A stretch of 35,450 nt of DNA from a virus (lineage: Duplodnaviria > Heunggongvirae > Uroviricota > Caudoviricetes): the IMG/VR virus record IMGVR_UViG_3300025389_000018; one strand, given 5' to 3'. Of the stretch, positions 1 through 9,470 are shown piece after piece (positions within the stretch are counted from its first letter, which is position 1; every line of letters starts with the position of its first letter). The translations under genes were made by a program, and so were the position numbers. Below the pieces are notes generated by a model, which ran no database searches, was not told the DNA's origin, and saw nothing but the letters and a program-made list of their open reading frames with translations.

Positions 1-174
1 CGTTTTAACGTGTACAACTGCTGGCCTACTTCTGTAGCCTACTCTGACCTCAATGCTGGTGATGACGCTTTGCTCGTTGAGCAAATGGCTCTCGTTCACG
101 AAGGCTTTGACGTTAACTGGGCTTCAGTTGATAACACAGGAACGATAACTTCAGCAGCTATCTTCACAGCGTAA
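1..174 (+). CDS. Tail tube protein, T4 gp19-like (3' partial)
   Basis: Frame 1 reads RFNVYNCWPTSVAYSDLNAGDDALLVEQMALVHEGFDVNW...TAA(172-174); the WP...DL.A....VE.L.L.HEG pattern is typical of gp19-like tube C-termini; lies just upstream of chaperone and tape measure. Confidence 0.85.
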   Translation, partial: RFNVYNCWPTSVAYSDLNAGDDALLVEQMALVHEGFDVNWASVDNTGTITSAAIFTA

Positions 175-197
175 TACTTAACTAACAAAGGACTAAA

Positions 198-1010
198 ATG
201 ACGAAAACAATCAGTGCAGCGGCTAACCCCGCATTGGCAAATGACTTGGCACAAAAAGCGATGCAACCACAGGAGCAAGAGTTTGTTGCTCCTGATATTA
301 CGGCTCCTTCAGATACAACGGTTTTCCTTCCTGGCGGTTACATAACAACCGCTGGGGAGGTAATCCGAGAAGCTGAAGTCAGAGAATTAAACGGTAAGGA
401 TGAAGAGGCTATTTCAAAAGTAAATAGTTTTGGTAAAGCCCTAATGGTCATCTTGCAACGTGGAACAGTAAGTATTGGAAATGAACTTGTAACTGAGAGT
501 ATGTTGGACCAACTGTTAGCAGGTGACCGAGACTCTCTTTTGGTAGGTATTCTGAAAGCTACCTTTGGTTCACACCCAGAAATTGCTTCCTATTGTTCAG
601 GTTGCGAAGACTTCAAGACTATTGCTGTAGACCTAGATACAGATATAAAGTCAAAGGTTTTATCAGACCCTATAAACGACAGAGTGTTTACTGTTTCTGG
701 AAAAGTAGGAGAAATTACTGTGCATCTTCCAACTGGCGTTTCTCAAAAGGAGATGATTGCCAATGCGGATAAGAGCGCTGCAGAATTGAACACTATTCTT
801 CTTGAGACAACTGTTAAGAGGATAAATGATGTCCCTGTCTACAACAAGAACCAGGTGCAGCTCTTAAGTGTCACAGACCGAAGGAAGGTTCTCGATGAGT
901 TAAACAAACGAGTTCCTGGCCCTGTCTTTGAAGACACCACAGTTGAATGCCCTGACTGCGGAAGTGAGGTACACGTTCCCATTAACTTGGGCACGTTATT
1001 TCAATTTTAA
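198..1010 (+). CDS. Tail assembly chaperone / T4 gp26-like baseplate hub assembly protein
   Basis: 270 aa between tube and tape measure; two CxxC motifs (CSGC, CPDC); AEVRELNGKDEE motif; ends LFQF. Confidence 0.7.
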   Translation: MTKTISAAANPALANDLAQKAMQPQEQEFVAPDITAPSDTTVFLPGGYITTAGEVIREAEVRELNGKDEEAISKVNSFGKALMVILQRGTVSIGNELVTESMLDQLLAGDRDSLLVGILKATFGSHPEIASYCSGCEDFKTIAVDLDTDIKSKVLSDPINDRVFTVSGKVGEITVHLPTGVSQKEMIANADKSAAELNTILLETTVKRINDVPVYNKNQVQLLSVTDRRKVLDELNKRVPGPVFEDTTVECPDCGSEVHVPINLGTLFQF

Positions 1011-1167
1011 TTTAAGTTCATATCTGGAGATGTTTGCTGAATGGGCAGCTATTTCGGATATGTATAAAGGATTTACTCTCGATGAGATTAAAGAAATGTC
1101 AAAGAGAGAACGAACAAACTGGCTAAACCTAGGAAAGGCACGTTACGGAAGGACTGGCAATGGCTAA
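1009..1167 (+). CDS. Second chaperone ORF (gp51 / 'T'-like), possibly expressed as a +1 frameshift extension of 198..1010
   Basis: Open frame NLSSYLEMFAEWAAISDMYKGFTLDEIKEMSKRERTNWL; the only nearby ATG (1030) has GGAG abutting it with zero spacing. Confidence 0.6.
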   Translation, partial: NLSSYLEMFAEWAAISDMYKGFTLDEIKEMSKRERTNWLNLGKARYGRTGNG

Positions 1168-3721
1168 CAAGATAGTTGACCAAGTTGTTTCGCTAACTGC
1201 TGCCGTTAAAGACCTCAAGAAAGAGATTGATTCGATAGGTCCTGCCCTACAGAAAGTTAGTTCAGAAGCAGCAGGTAGTTTTAGAGATGTCTCTAAAGCA
1301 ATAAGGCCAAGTAGTGGTACAAACAATAACGGTTATGGTCCAGGACAACCTACTTTAGGGACTGACCATGCCACATTTGGTATGCCCTCACTTGGTGGTG
1401 GCAATGTTATGCCATGGATGCAATCTAGCCGTGGCCTTATGGGTCTTCAAATTGGAGCTTCGGCTCTAAGTGGAGCTCTTGGAGTAGCTGGCGGAGTTAT
1501 GGCAATGGCCCCAAGTCTTGGGGATGTTGTGTCTAACGCTGCTGGGTATTACGGTGCATCAATTTTTGGCAACATTAGTCGTCAAGCTCTTTCCAGCATG
1601 ACCCGACAAAACATGGGCATGGGAATGTCTAGCCCCCTTAGTGGCGCTCAAACTGCCGCTGTTCTCGTCAATGGAATGTACTTCACTCCAGGTACCTCTG
1701 CCTACAGGCAGGCACTGCAAGAAGTAGGTGGTGCCGCTCTAACTATGAACATGAGCAACACCTCAGCTGCTGCAGCTATTGGAGGACTGTATTCAGGTTC
1801 TATGGGTGCAAGTATGGCTAGCATAGGAATTAGAAACCTAGACGCAAATGGTAACCCGCTACCTCAAGTAGATATTGCAAAACAGCTCTATAACCGTTTA
1901 ATGCCTAACGCTAATGGGATGTCCTTAATAAACGGAAAAAGAATTACTCAAGCAAGTGTTAACCAAAATTTTCAGCAAGTGTTGGCATCCCAACTATCCC
2001 AAATGGGTTATTCTGCAGACGAAATTGCTATGTTCCAATATCAGTTCGGGCAATTTGCTCAAGGTAAAAGCGGAAATTTAGCTGGAGCAAAAGCAAATCC
2101 TGCTAACCCACTAAACGCTCAATACCAAATGAATGCCTCTCAAGCACAGTTGATGCAGACCTATGAGCAACCTATGCTTGACGGGTTCCAAAAAGCTGCG
2201 GATTTAATCACTAATGTTGTAAACCCTGCACTTGCAAAGTTCGCTGGAACTTTGGGAAGCGCTAAAGGGTTCCTACAAGGAACTGGAACTGCTGGAGCAG
2301 GTGCTGCAGGAGTAGTAGGTAGCGTAGTTGGTGCTGGCACAGACATTTTGAAGACTCTTCTTATAGGTAAAGCATTAGGAGGAGGAGGGATTTCTGTAAA
2401 GGGAGGAGGAGCTTCCCTTCTAAAGGGAGGTGCTATCGCTATTGGTGGAAACATCCTAGGTAACCTAATCCAAGGAAATTCTTCAAAAGGAAGTCTTAGG
2501 TCAAGAGCAGGCGCTATGACAAAAGATGCTGCTACAGGATTTGCCTTGGGCACATTTTTAGACCCATTTACATTTGGATTTGGTAATGAAATTGGTGCAG
2601 GGCTTGGTGCCCTATGGGGAGCAGCACATGGAGGAGGAAGCTCAGGCTTTGGTGCTTCTTTTGGAGCTAACGGAGGTGGAGGAGCACAATCTCCTATTTC
2701 TGGAATGTCCCCAACAACTTCCTACGGGGCAGTTGACCCAAGCATGTGGAATGGAGCCACAAATTCTCACACAGGTCAAGACTATGCGGTTCCTGTAGGA
2801 ACTCCTGTAAAAGCTGCTGCAGACGGTATTGTTTTTGATGATGCTCCTGGATTTGAGTTTGGAACGTATGTACAGATTGACCATATGAATGGTTATCAAA
2901 CTCTTTATGGGCATTTAAGTAGCAAGTCAGTGAAGGTTGGAGACCATGTTAAAGCTGGCCAAGTAATTGGAAAGTCTGGTCAATCAGGTAACGTCACTGG
3001 TCCTCACCTTCACTTTGAAGTTCGTAAAGGACACAATAATCCTGTAGACCCTTCCTCCTTTTTAGACAACCCATTCACAAGTAGCCTAAATACTGCCTAC
3101 GCAGGAGTCCCAACGGTTGGAGCTGGTCAGCAATTAGTTTCTGGAAAAGTCTCATCAGCCTCTGGAGTTATATTAGGTACAGGAAGTCAAAAGTCTTGGG
3201 CTAAAGATTTCTTGAAAGGACTTGGTGCCCCCACTACTGCTACTAACGTAAAGGCAATGACTACTTGGATGGCTTGGGAGGGAGGTCAATGGAATAACTC
3301 CGCTCACTACAACCCATTGAACACTACTTTAGGTGCAGCTGGAGCATCTAATATGAACTCAGCTGGAGTTAAATCCTATCCTTCTTATCAGGAAGGTTTG
3401 CAGGCAAATATATCTACGTTGAAGGAAAATCAAAGAGGGTATGCTGCAATTAGAGCAGCATTGATGCAAGGGAATAACTTTCAAGGAGTAGTAAACGCCA
3501 TTGATGCTTCTGCTTGGGGTACTCACATCCCTCATGGAGGAGGAAGTTCAGGCTTCGGTGCTTCAATGCCTAGTCAGTATGCTGGAGCGAACACCACTAA
3601 TAACGTAACTATAAATCTCAGTTTAACTGGGGTCTCAGAATCAGACGCCAAAGCATTTGCGCAACAAGTAAAAGCACTTTTACAAAATGACGCTCGTATA
3701 TCAACAGTAGGGAGTAGATAA
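1160..3721 (+). CDS. Tape measure protein with C-terminal M23 peptidase and lysozyme-like domains
   Basis: 853 aa Ala/Gly-rich; M23 motifs HTGQD, YGHLS, GPHLHFEVR; distal WMAWEGG...NPLNTT...GVKSY domain resembles lysozyme-fold glycosidases. Confidence 0.9.
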   Translation: MANKIVDQVVSLTAAVKDLKKEIDSIGPALQKVSSEAAGSFRDVSKAIRPSSGTNNNGYGPGQPTLGTDHATFGMPSLGGGNVMPWMQSSRGLMGLQIGASALSGALGVAGGVMAMAPSLGDVVSNAAGYYGASIFGNISRQALSSMTRQNMGMGMSSPLSGAQTAAVLVNGMYFTPGTSAYRQALQEVGGAALTMNMSNTSAAAAIGGLYSGSMGASMASIGIRNLDANGNPLPQVDIAKQLYNRLMPNANGMSLINGKRITQASVNQNFQQVLASQLSQMGYSADEIAMFQYQFGQFAQGKSGNLAGAKANPANPLNAQYQMNASQAQLMQTYEQPMLDGFQKAADLITNVVNPALAKFAGTLGSAKGFLQGTGTAGAGAAGVVGSVVGAGTDILKTLLIGKALGGGGISVKGGGASLLKGGAIAIGGNILGNLIQGNSSKGSLRSRAGAMTKDAATGFALGTFLDPFTFGFGNEIGAGLGALWGAAHGGGSSGFGASFGANGGGGAQSPISGMSPTTSYGAVDPSMWNGATNSHTGQDYAVPVGTPVKAAADGIVFDDAPGFEFGTYVQIDHMNGYQTLYGHLSSKSVKVGDHVKAGQVIGKSGQSGNVTGPHLHFEVRKGHNNPVDPSSFLDNPFTSSLNTAYAGVPTVGAGQQLVSGKVSSASGVILGTGSQKSWAKDFLKGLGAPTTATNVKAMTTWMAWEGGQWNNSAHYNPLNTTLGAAGASNMNSAGVKSYPSYQEGLQANISTLKENQRGYAAIRAALMQGNNFQGVVNAIDASAWGTHIPHGGGSSGFGASMPSQYAGANTTNNVTINLSLTGVSESDAKAFAQQVKALLQNDARISTVGSR

Positions 3722-5037
3722 TGGCTAGTCCAACTAGTGGCTCACGCCCAACTGCATGGCAAACGTATCTCCAAAATAACCAAAACCAAAAGACTGTATC
3801 CTCTATCGAAGACACAAGGGCAAGAGAAGCTGCTATACAGAAGCAGTACACAACAGCAAGTGCTGCAGTAAGTTCTGCTCAAAAAGCAGTGGATGATGCA
3901 AAGACGCATGTAGAAGGTTCATTTGCTGCAAGAGAGGCTGCTGCTGCTGCTTATAATGCTTCCCCTACTGAGCTAAACTACGGCGTACTTCAAGGAGCTA
4001 TATCTACGCTTGAAACAGACCAAAATGTGTTGAACTCAGCGAACACAGCTTTGGAAAAAGCTAAAACAGCACTTATCAGTGCAACCACTGCTAGGACTAA
4101 GCTGATAAGCAATGGTACTACGAAACCAAAAAGTACTACTAGTACCTCTCAAACAACTTCGACTTCCACTTCGACTTCCACCACAAAGCCTAAAGCTAAT
4201 AACCCAATAATGTATAACATTCCTATGGTTCGTGAAGCATACTTAGGTTCTTCAGGACCACAGGCGGACTCTATGGCAGATAGCAGTAATCTAAAGAATA
4301 CCTTTAGTAAAGGCAGAATCATAGGAAGTACTTTGTTTCCAAGCTTAGAGTCTTCGGTTCAAGTACCTGCAGGAAAGACTGCAGACAATAACATCTATGG
4401 GTTTAAGTTCTTGTACAACCCACCTAGCGTAGATATGAGCTGGGGAACTCTTGGGAATGTTAGCCCATATTTTCTATCTAGTGGAGACAGTCAATCTTTA
4501 ATGACTGGTCTTCAATCAACTGTTGACTTTACACTATTTCTGAACCGTTCTTTAGATATGAATTTTGTAGATGAGAATGGGTTTGCTTACCCAAATACAG
4601 CCAGTAACGGTGCCTTAGTAAGCTCCGCTAACATACGGGAAAACAGAGTTGGAGCCTCCGTTTACAAAAACCCATGGCCTACATCAAGTCTGCCTTCAAA
4701 CGAAGAATTAAAGCAAATTTATCACAGAGGAACAATGTACGACCTTGAGTACTTATTTAAAGTAACTGGAGGAAAGTACGTTACACATAACTCTCCTCTG
4801 ATGGGTATACCCACAGCTGACGTTGGTTGGATAAACCCAATTCCTGTGGAGCTATATCTTGGTAATGGATTGCACTATTTAGTACAAGTAGTTCAGTTAG
4901 ATGTAACACACACTATGTTTAACGAAAGAATGGTACCTGTAATGTCTCAAGTAAGTATAACTTGTAGAAGGTACTACGACTCTGTCAGCCCTGCTACAGG
5001 GACTACTTCTAGTACGAATTTGTTTGGAAACTCATGA
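3721..5037 (+). CDS. Tube initiator / baseplate-tube junction protein (T4 gp48/gp54-like) with N-terminal coiled coil
   Basis: FKFLYNPPSV motif, follows tape measure; Ala-rich helical N-terminus and Thr/Ser linker. Confidence 0.65.
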   Translation: MASPTSGSRPTAWQTYLQNNQNQKTVSSIEDTRAREAAIQKQYTTASAAVSSAQKAVDDAKTHVEGSFAAREAAAAAYNASPTELNYGVLQGAISTLETDQNVLNSANTALEKAKTALISATTARTKLISNGTTKPKSTTSTSQTTSTSTSTSTTKPKANNPIMYNIPMVREAYLGSSGPQADSMADSSNLKNTFSKGRIIGSTLFPSLESSVQVPAGKTADNNIYGFKFLYNPPSVDMSWGTLGNVSPYFLSSGDSQSLMTGLQSTVDFTLFLNRSLDMNFVDENGFAYPNTASNGALVSSANIRENRVGASVYKNPWPTSSLPSNEELKQIYHRGTMYDLEYLFKVTGGKYVTHNSPLMGIPTADVGWINPIPVELYLGNGLHYLVQVVQLDVTHTMFNERMVPVMSQVSITCRRYYDSVSPATGTTSSTNLFGNS

Positions 5038-5309
5038 TTTACTTAGATAGCCGATATGCTTCAGGAACTTTGTTTTCTGCATGGGATTCACGAAAATCTC
5101 AGTACAACTTAACTGTATTTAGAAACTTCCCTTCTTATCAGCAGACGTTTGACCATTATCAATGGACAGCTGTAGACCGACTTGACTTGTTGGCTAACAA
5201 GTTTTTAGGTAACTCTAACTTGTGGTGGATGATTATGGACATCAACCCTGAAATTGTTGACCCATCCGATATACCTGTTGGAACAGTCATTAGGATTCCT
5301 CGTGCTTGA
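5034..5309 (+). CDS. LysM-like baseplate wedge protein (P2 gpX / T4 gp53-like)
   Basis: 91 aa; DRLDLLANKFLGNSNLWWMIMDINP...GTVIRIP. Confidence 0.8.
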   Translation: MIYLDSRYASGTLFSAWDSRKSQYNLTVFRNFPSYQQTFDHYQWTAVDRLDLLANKFLGNSNLWWMIMDINPEIVDPSDIPVGTVIRIPRA

Positions 5310-6558
5310 CCCAGAGAGACAGCATAGGTATGAGAGTAGTTACTCTGTATCCTTTCCTACCATCCCTTCCTTCACCGATAAACCAAGGGAAATCACAGTT
5401 TATCAAGGTATGGGTAAGCACGACATTGTTGAAATGTACTACAGCCAATACACGCCTACTCTTGTAAAGCTACTGCAAACAGGAACCCCTATACAAGTTA
5501 CTTACAATAACCAAAAATACAAAGAAACTTTTGTGGGCTATGTAACTACTGTTTCATATCCAGTTAAACAAGCTATAAACAAGGGTATAACTATAAAAAG
5601 TGTTGGGGCTTCTTATCCTTTAAAAGATAGGCCTTCTAAAATTTGGAAAGACAAAACAATTCCAGAGGTAGCAATTGATGTTGCTAAAACGTTTGGCTTA
5701 ACTCCAATAGTTACGACTCATCCAGTTAAAGTGGCGCAGCAATCTCTTGCAGGTCATTCTTATTGGGAAAAACTTCAGGAAAATGCTCACAGATTGGGTT
5801 GGGCTTGTCACATGAAAGGAGTGGAACTTCACTTCCACCCTATTGATGTGATGGTTGATAAGTTTATGACTTCAGTGCCAGTTCTGTCATTCGCAGATAC
5901 TTACATGGGTTTTAATGCCAATGTATTAGACCATACCTTGGATTATTTTGAGCCACTCATAGACGACTTCTATGAAGAGGCTGGTTACGGGAGAACTAAC
6001 AAGACATCTTACGGAGTTAACCCAATATCTTCAGAGGTGTACACGACTACTTCTTCCCCAAATACTGTAGGAAAGAATTTGCGCCAAACAACTAAGGACC
6101 CTTTGTTCTCCTCAGTAGAGACCAACGTTGTTTCTGATAACCAGTCTTTGTCTCAAGCGAGAGTAGATGGTAAAGCCCAGCTTTCTCGTCTTTCTATTCC
6201 TGCAAAAGGATTAGCACAAGGAGACCCAAGAATTGCTCCTTGGAGAACTGTCCAGGTCAAGAACACTTCAGACAGTACAGATGGATACTGGGTTGTGGAA
6301 TCTGCGGTACACACTCTCCATATTGATGGTCGATATAAGACTGAGTTTAAGTGCCTTACCGATGGGCTAAACCAGAACCTTACAAGTGCAACTAGACCCT
6401 CTATCTCTTCCGGAATTCCAACAGTAAATATCCAAAGTGCTTTGAGTACATCTGGGACTACCGCAGTAGTTTCCCCTACACTAGTTTCAACAACAAACGT
6501 TGTAAACCAAAGCAAAACTGGGTTTAGTTTAACCCCTAATAGATGGGTAGGTAGATAA
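5302..6558 (+). CDS. Baseplate hub protein (P2 gpD / Mu gp44 / T4 gp27-like)
   Basis: Likely GTG start at 5302 after AGGAT; Q...ESYWEKL, GDPRIAPWRTVQV...DGYWVVESAVH pattern; position after LysM gene. Confidence 0.75.
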   Translation: MLDPERQHRYESSYSVSFPTIPSFTDKPREITVYQGMGKHDIVEMYYSQYTPTLVKLLQTGTPIQVTYNNQKYKETFVGYVTTVSYPVKQAINKGITIKSVGASYPLKDRPSKIWKDKTIPEVAIDVAKTFGLTPIVTTHPVKVAQQSLAGHSYWEKLQENAHRLGWACHMKGVELHFHPIDVMVDKFMTSVPVLSFADTYMGFNANVLDHTLDYFEPLIDDFYEEAGYGRTNKTSYGVNPISSEVYTTTSSPNTVGKNLRQTTKDPLFSSVETNVVSDNQSLSQARVDGKAQLSRLSIPAKGLAQGDPRIAPWRTVQVKNTSDSTDGYWVVESAVHTLHIDGRYKTEFKCLTDGLNQNLTSATRPSISSGIPTVNIQSALSTSGTTAVVSPTLVSTTNVVNQSKTGFSLTPNRWVGR

Positions 6559-6560
6559 CT

Positions 6561-6992
6561 ATGGCTAACGAAGTCGCAGTAAGTCTTCCATTTTCTATAG
6601 ACAGCTACGGCAAAGTAGCTGAAGCAACGACTCAATCTGATATTTGGGCAGGACGAGTCCTATCTGTAATAGGTACTTCTCTTAGGGAAAGAGTTTTGCG
6701 CCCAACTTTTGGGACACTTATTCCTTATTTTCTTTTTGAAACAACAGATAGTGCCATCGAAGAAATAACTTCCGAAGTAACGAAAGCCTTTGCTACTCAA
6801 CTATCTCTTCTGACTTTAGTACGAGTAGACATAACCATAGACAACTACTCTCAGGATACTTACACAGACAGTACCTCAGACCAACTTAAAGTTTCTATAC
6901 AGTATTCACTGCCAAATAATGACCAACAGACTACAGTTGTTGGCTTTGTAATTGTAAATCAAAATAATCCAATCTATGAGGAGTTAGCATGA
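6561..6992 (+). CDS. Baseplate wedge subunit, gp25-like
   Basis: LPFSIDSYGKV, T..RERVLRPTFG motif. Confidence 0.85.
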   Translation: MANEVAVSLPFSIDSYGKVAEATTQSDIWAGRVLSVIGTSLRERVLRPTFGTLIPYFLFETTDSAIEEITSEVTKAFATQLSLLTLVRVDITIDNYSQDTYTDSTSDQLKVSIQYSLPNNDQQTTVVGFVIVNQNNPIYEELA

Positions 6993-8551
6993 CCGTAACG
7001 CCACCTTCAAGTATCCCTATCTCAGTTGATTACACAGGTCGTGACTTCTACTCTCTGCGCACCGCTTTAATTGCGCGTATCCAAGACCGTATCCCTAACT
7101 GGACTGCCTCTGACCCTGCAGATTTTGGCGTAGCTTTTGTTGAGGCCATGTCTTACATGGGAGACTTAATCTCTTACTACATTGACCGAGCAGCAAATGA
7201 AACCTCTATTACGACTGCGACTCAACGAAATAGCGTAATAAATATCGCTCAATCCTATGGCTATATTCCAACAGGATATAGAGCTGCTTTTACTACTCTT
7301 ACTTTTACTAACAGTTCCTCAACGGACATCACTATTCCTACTGGAACAGTTGTAGCAGGTAGCGTTAACCAAAATGACTCTGTATACACGGTTTACTTCA
7401 CAACTGCTGCAGACACCTATGTAGGAGGAACTGCCTCTGTAGTACCTGGCCCTTATACAGTAATTGCAAATGAAGGTCGTTCTATAAGCCGTATCTCCAC
7501 TAACTTGGACCCAACTTATCCACAATATGGAGAACAAATTGGACTATCAAATCAAACTCCATACCAGACGTTTACATTAAGCCAGACTCCAGTAGTAGAC
7601 AACTCTGTTGTGGTCTATGTACAGGACGGAATTTCTTACACTGGTTGGACTCAAGTACAGCATTTGATTGACTACGGTCCTAGTGATTTGGTTTACACTG
7701 TTTCAAGTGATGAGAACAACGTCGTATCTGTCCAATTTGGGGATGGAATCAACGGTGCAATCCCAGTAAACAACTGTGTAGTACGAGCTCAATACACAGT
7801 TGGTGGCGGAAGCATCGGTAATGTACCAGTGGGTACCTTAACCACTTTTTCTTATGTCCCTGGGATAAGCGACTTGACTCCTTTTGGCAGTGTCTACACA
7901 GTAAACAACACAGCTGTGGGACTTTCTGGCGATGACCCAGAGAGCACCGATAACATCCGCTATGCTGCTCCAGCTTCTCTTACTACAGGTAACCGAGCTG
8001 TGACTTTACAGGACTACTCCAACCTAGCGCTAACAGTTAGTAACGTCGGAAAAGCAAATGCGACTGCTTCTAACTGGACTTCTGTAACTTTGTATTTAGC
8101 ACCTATCCGTAATACCAATGATTCAGATTTGCAACCTGGGTTAGATTCTAGTGGTAACCCTACCGTGGAGTTTACAAACCTTAGTTCTTCTGTTCAGGCC
8201 TTTTTGTCGGATAAAATTTTGCTTGGAACAACAGTCAGCATACAGCATCCTACTTACACAGACATTTACCTTTCAATTACGTATGTACGGTTACCGCAAT
8301 ACACTCAAGCTCAAACAGACCTAAATGTTACAACAGCTCTGCTCACAGCTTTTGGGTACAACGGAATGAACTTTCAAGACACTATTTATCCGCAAGATAT
8401 TGAGTTTGTTTTGAATCAAACCACAGGTGTTAAAACCGCAAAAGTAACCGCTCTATTTACAGGTGGAGGTAGCGGACTAAACACTTTGACTGGAACTGCA
8501 GGACAAATTTTCAGACTTCAACAGGCGAATATTAGTCTAACTTCCTCATGA
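6989..8551 (+). CDS. Baseplate J / T4 gp6-like wedge protein
   Basis: DYTGRDFYSLR, WT..DP.DFG, QFGDG..G.IP, RAVTLQDY motifs. Confidence 0.9.
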   Translation: MTVTPPSSIPISVDYTGRDFYSLRTALIARIQDRIPNWTASDPADFGVAFVEAMSYMGDLISYYIDRAANETSITTATQRNSVINIAQSYGYIPTGYRAAFTTLTFTNSSSTDITIPTGTVVAGSVNQNDSVYTVYFTTAADTYVGGTASVVPGPYTVIANEGRSISRISTNLDPTYPQYGEQIGLSNQTPYQTFTLSQTPVVDNSVVVYVQDGISYTGWTQVQHLIDYGPSDLVYTVSSDENNVVSVQFGDGINGAIPVNNCVVRAQYTVGGGSIGNVPVGTLTTFSYVPGISDLTPFGSVYTVNNTAVGLSGDDPESTDNIRYAAPASLTTGNRAVTLQDYSNLALTVSNVGKANATASNWTSVTLYLAPIRNTNDSDLQPGLDSSGNPTVEFTNLSSSVQAFLSDKILLGTTVSIQHPTYTDIYLSITYVRLPQYTQAQTDLNVTTALLTAFGYNGMNFQDTIYPQDIEFVLNQTTGVKTAKVTALFTGGGSGLNTLTGTAGQIFRLQQANISLTSS

Positions 8552-9096
8552 TAGAGCAAGACCATATCAACAGGTACTACGGGATATACAGAGCTGTAGT
8601 CAGTGCATCGAATGACCCCACAGGTCAACGACGTCTTAAGTTAGTTGTACCTCAAATTCATGGAAATGAAGTAACTGCGTGGGCTTGGCCTATTCAACCT
8701 TCCAACATGACTATCGAGGTGCCCACTGTTGGGCAAGGTATTTGGGCTATGTTTGTTGGAGGAGACCCTGAATTCCCAGTCTGGTTTGGGGAGTTCGGTA
8801 CGCACAAGGGTTCCAATAAAAAAGTCATTGTAAAACCACTGCCTAACTCAACCTCATTAGTAGGTACTTCAAACCAAGTAATAACTACTACAGAAGTAGA
8901 TGGAAGTACTGAAATAGATTTAACTAACAGCCTTGTGGCTATGGCTAAAACTGGTCTCTATAAATCATCTACAACCCCTACTCATCCGACTTCAACAGGT
9001 ACACCGAACACGTATGCCTATGACGGCACTCACTTCTACGTCTGCATTGCAGCAAACACATGGATTCGCATTAACGCCGACACTTCTTGGTCATAG
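8548..9096 (+). CDS. Baseplate central spike (gp5/gpV OB-fold)
   Basis: YYGIYRAVV...DPTGQRRLKLVVPQI...WAWP...PTVGQGIWAMFVGGDPEFPVW. Confidence 0.85.
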   Translation: MIEQDHINRYYGIYRAVVSASNDPTGQRRLKLVVPQIHGNEVTAWAWPIQPSNMTIEVPTVGQGIWAMFVGGDPEFPVWFGEFGTHKGSNKKVIVKPLPNSTSLVGTSNQVITTTEVDGSTEIDLTNSLVAMAKTGLYKSSTTPTHPTSTGTPNTYAYDGTHFYVCIAANTWIRINADTSWS

Positions 9097-9154
9097 TTCA
9101 GCAAGTAATTACATAACAAAAGCCCGAAAATAAGGTGTCAGGAAAGGAAATGCT

Positions 9155-9457
9155 ATGACAGCCCAATATCCAAATGCGGTAAGAAGTTTTACTACAAAGG
9201 TCGACTTCACTGACGTCATTTACGCGGACCACGTTAACAGCCTTCAGGATGAAGTCAACTCCTTGGAGACAAATGTGGGTACAACCATCACTGCTAGCTC
9301 TGGGTGGATTGGTACTTTCGATACAGTCACCTCTAACTGGAACACTTTGAGGGACCGAATTTCTAACATCGAATACGGTCTTTATGCTGTATACACAGGC
9401 ACAGGTGGCGGAACAAGTGTCAACATTTTTAACCCATTCCTTCTTGCTGGCTGCTAA
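9155..9457 (+). CDS. Small tail/baseplate structural protein
   Basis: 100 aa with RBS AGGAAA; YP.AVRSFTTK.D....ADHVNSLQDEV..LET motif is common at fiber N-termini. Confidence 0.55.
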   Translation: MTAQYPNAVRSFTTKVDFTDVIYADHVNSLQDEVNSLETNVGTTITASSGWIGTFDTVTSNWNTLRDRISNIEYGLYAVYTGTGGGTSVNIFNPFLLAGC

Positions 9458-9470
9458 GGGAGTCTAATTC

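Noticed and set aside
9103-9140. AGTAATTAC...GTGTCA similarity between 9103-9140 and 35330-35354
   Set aside because: Spacing differs and the matches are short in AT-rich DNA; could be chance, though TAAGGT at 9131 may be a -10
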